A stretch of DNA of 64,000 bases, taken from positions 4,216,001 to 4,280,000 of the forward strand of contig NC_134028.1 of the NCBI RefSeq assembly GCF_964204645.1, given 5' to 3'. The stretch is from Tubulanus polymorphus. Lineage: Eukaryota; Animalia; Nemertea. A program made the position numbers and the translations under genes. How positions within the stretch are numbered: the first letter of the stretch is position 1; each line of letters begins with the position of its first letter. This document shows positions 60,801-64,000 of this stretch, piece by piece. Below the pieces are notes generated by a model that saw only the letters and a program-made list of their open reading frames with translations, had not been told where the DNA came from and made no database searches.

Positions 60801-63054
60801 CTTTCGTCTTCAGCGATGCAAAGATGGAACGGCTGCCAGTCCGAATCAAGCTGGCAGATCATCGTCAATTCGCGGCCAATTTATCATCCCTTTCTTTTGA
60901 AAGGGTAGCCGCTATCTTGTCATTTTGCTTAGGTAATTCATCACATTTTATCTCGCCGTGAGTATATGTATAAATATATATCGTGTATGTTTCTATCTCT
61001 AACGTTCTTAACTTTCGTTTTACACGTATCGAAATTCGGTTGGAAACGGCGTATGTTGATGATGTATCTCTGACATAAACTGCAATTGTGATGGATGAGT
61101 TTCCCTTATTGTAAAATGCGAGTAGTTTGTGGCCCACGATGCTAATATATCATCGCTGTAGTCTCGGAAACGAAGCCAACGAGAACTTTTATTTGAAATG
61201 GGGCATAATCCGGGCCAGGAGATAGTTCAAGTTCGCGCTCCTCGAAGTGGGGCACATTTTAGCTGGAAATGGGGATTTCCAGTTTTAGTACAGGCTAATA
61301 ATCCTCATACTTCGACTCTTACGAGTTCAGGCGCTATTGTGACGCATTCTTCGTATCTTCGGCTTCGAATAAATCTTCACCATCCCCGGTGAAGTTTTCA
61401 GATTAAGGGAGTTTTATTTCCCCGATGAGAGCAGGATTAAGCTCATAAACAAACGATTAATGCTGGGCTGGCGTCGTGTTTTAGATCGATTTACGGGTTC
61501 ACAACAATAATCACCGCTCTCACTCGCACTAGCACCTCCGCAACCATTATTTATTGAAGCGCTGCAAAAAATCTCATGCAAGTAGTTGTGGAAATACAGC
61601 GAGATCTTCTTGTTCCTTGCGACAGAGACCTACACTACACATTGCACCAACCAAGTACTTTCTTATTACAGAAGATTTGAACACGTTCGTATTTGTTGCG
61701 AAAAGCGATTTATACCCTAGATTATACGTCCGTGGCTCTTCTGGGGTCAAAATGAAAAATTCACCAAGGCTGACGCACTCTAGGTAAAAACGGTAAAATA
61801 CAGTAACCATGGAATCCTTTTAACACTTGAAGTGCTGGAATTCGATTAAACAACGGCTTCATCAACCGTATAGCCTAGTTATAAAAGGCGTGGTTTTTGA
61901 TATAGCCCGAAGGTATTGATTTCTTCTGGTGGAAAAATCACTTTTGGTGGCGAGCTGATAAAGGCATCATATTTTCAACATGCAGATCGCAAAACAACTA
62001 AAAACATTTCAATTGTTCGACAACGCCTCAACAATGATAAATCGATAAGCGTCATCACCCGGATTAATCTTGCGCTTTTTTCGACCCGTTTCGTTTTCCC
62101 CGTTATTTGAACCACTTTTTTACCAAGCATCTATCGCACCGTGCGTCACAAGCATACATACACACTGTGGATTTTAGAACTTTTACAAGGTAACTGACTC
62201 ATGCCGCGTTTGTTGTTCTCGGAACATGTTCATAATCAATTTTGTTTAGTCATTGACTGTTTAATGACATCTTTCATAAGGAAATAAAACTCGAATAATT
62301 TTTCGCTTCAGATTTAATCATTCGTAAACATTAACGCGTTAAAACTCAATTCAAAAAATCTCGTATAAAAAATATTCAGTACGGGGGATGGTACAAGGGG
62401 GTTTTTACGGCTATTTTCTAGTATTTCCATTCACACAGTTATTAACTCCATACCAGCTGCTGCATTTAATAATCTATAGTACTATGAATCATACGCAGTA
62501 ATTATTGTCATCATATTTCACGAGCTCGATGAATAGTTAAACCGGCCCGCGCGCAGAATCAAAGCGTCCTTTTTTATATGGTCGTAGCAGGACAAATTAT
62601 CGGGCCACGCGATTCGCCGCCGAGAGACAACATTTGAATCGTTTGGCCTCGCATTAATTATCACTCTAAGAAGAATTCCAGTCGGCGAATAGCTTGAGAA
62701 ATGAATACAGAAAATAACACACCCGACCTTTTGTGCGCGTAGATAGCGCATCAATTATAGCCTATTGTGCGTTCTGGGAATCGCCGAGTAGGATTTTTAT
62801 TTTGTGCAATATGCTAAATATGAATTTGATTTGACAACGTCTGTAGAAATGAACCGATCCGTGCAAATATCGTTAATTATCCGGTGACATTTTTTGTTAA
62901 GAAATCGCTTAATTTCATCGACGTTGTCTGAATCAGAGGTTACCGTGTATGCACGTATGTATTTCACAGACCAGACAAATAAACCTGCACATATCATTCG
63001 CCTACAATCCGCCACATTCTGTCATTATTCATGCTTGATAAAAATCACCCCTTA

Positions 63055-63318
63055 CAGGCGTGGATCCAGGGGGTTTTGTTAGCCATTTACAGATGTTGTG
63101 AGTTGCCCTTTTCTGAATAAACTCCTAGGTTTTCATTGCCTTATTTACACGAAATCCTACAAACGCCTTTCGCGTAAACAGTGTCACACTTGGAAATGCT
63201 GTAAAATTCATTCAAAGGCGCCAACACCTTGATTGCAATTACGATTCCAAATAAGCTTTTCCACGATCGAAATTGCCACAAGACCTTCAAATGTAGAAGG
63301 TCAAATCCGCCCCTCCTG
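63055..63318. mobile_element. hAT-like MITE (CAGGGGCGGATCC family), degenerate
   Basis: CAGGCGTGGATCCAGGGGG ... AAATCCGCCCCTCCTG. Confidence 0.5.
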
Positions 63319-63966
63319 ATATACGTACCGTATGAAGGCTGTTAGCTCAATCACGCAACCAGAATATCTGAGACATCCATCTTTTACATACGGTTGTCTT
63401 CTTCACGCGGAAAATGGACCAAAAACACCCATATTGATAATGGGACAGGAATAGACTTCTTCGAGTGCAATTTATCATACTGGGAAAAATCCGGCGCACA
63501 AGAGGCTCGTAAATTGTGTCCTGTTTTTTTCTATCATCTATAACAGCAGATGTTAAACACATTTCCCTATATTTATGCCAGCAGTCAAACAACGATAAGG
63601 TATAAATCATTGGGAACATTTCTAGGTCTAGTGTCATCCTCCGAGATTATCCAATGCTATCCTCAGTTTTCTCGTTGTCAGTCCATGGATACAATACCCT
63701 TTGCTTCACATCGTTCGTTTTATCTTGGCCTTTTTAGTCATCTACCATAATCCTCATATTCAATGGTTTCTCATAGAAAACTCAGCCATGGAAGTCAACA
63801 AACCAAAAACACAATATAAAACTGTAGTTTCTATACTTTCTTTTTATTTAATTGGACTTTGGGTGAAAAATCTAGATTTATATACTCATATCATACACAT
63901 CAAGTTCACAACGAGCCCCTATTAATCACAGTCTTTTTCAAATATTTAAAAGTGACATTTAAATAT

Positions 63967-63971
<5 letters not shown>

Positions 63972-64000
<29 letters not shown>
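63972..64000. repeat. (TA)n microsatellite running off the window end
   Basis: At least 14 TA units. Shorter runs occur near 18956, 24835 and 33911. Confidence 0.9.

Overview
This is a window of an animal (invertebrate bilaterian) genome with GT-AG spliceosomal introns, so the ORF track mostly misses or fragments the real genes. Bases 1-20.6 kb hold a compact gene cluster. It has a probable minus-strand first exon encoding a hydrophobic N-terminus (ATG 1852), a complete 4-exon gene for mitochondrial ATP synthase subunit f (107 aa, absent from the ORF track), and a complete gene for the cohesin release factor WAPL (16 coding exons, 1161 aa, about 1.7 kb 3'UTR). The introns contain many small non-autonomous DNA transposons (MITEs). 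In 20.6-64 kb I found no convincing protein-coding exon. That stretch carries two U5 snRNA genes, three tRNA genes (Val-AAC, Val-TAC, Asp-GTC), CTCF-like motifs, dense clusters of Hox/Pbx/Meis/Otx-type motifs and a long foldback with hammerhead-ribozyme-like cores. It reads like the regulatory desert of a developmental gene lying outside the window, which is an inference. All exon phases were checked by hand, and no searches were run.
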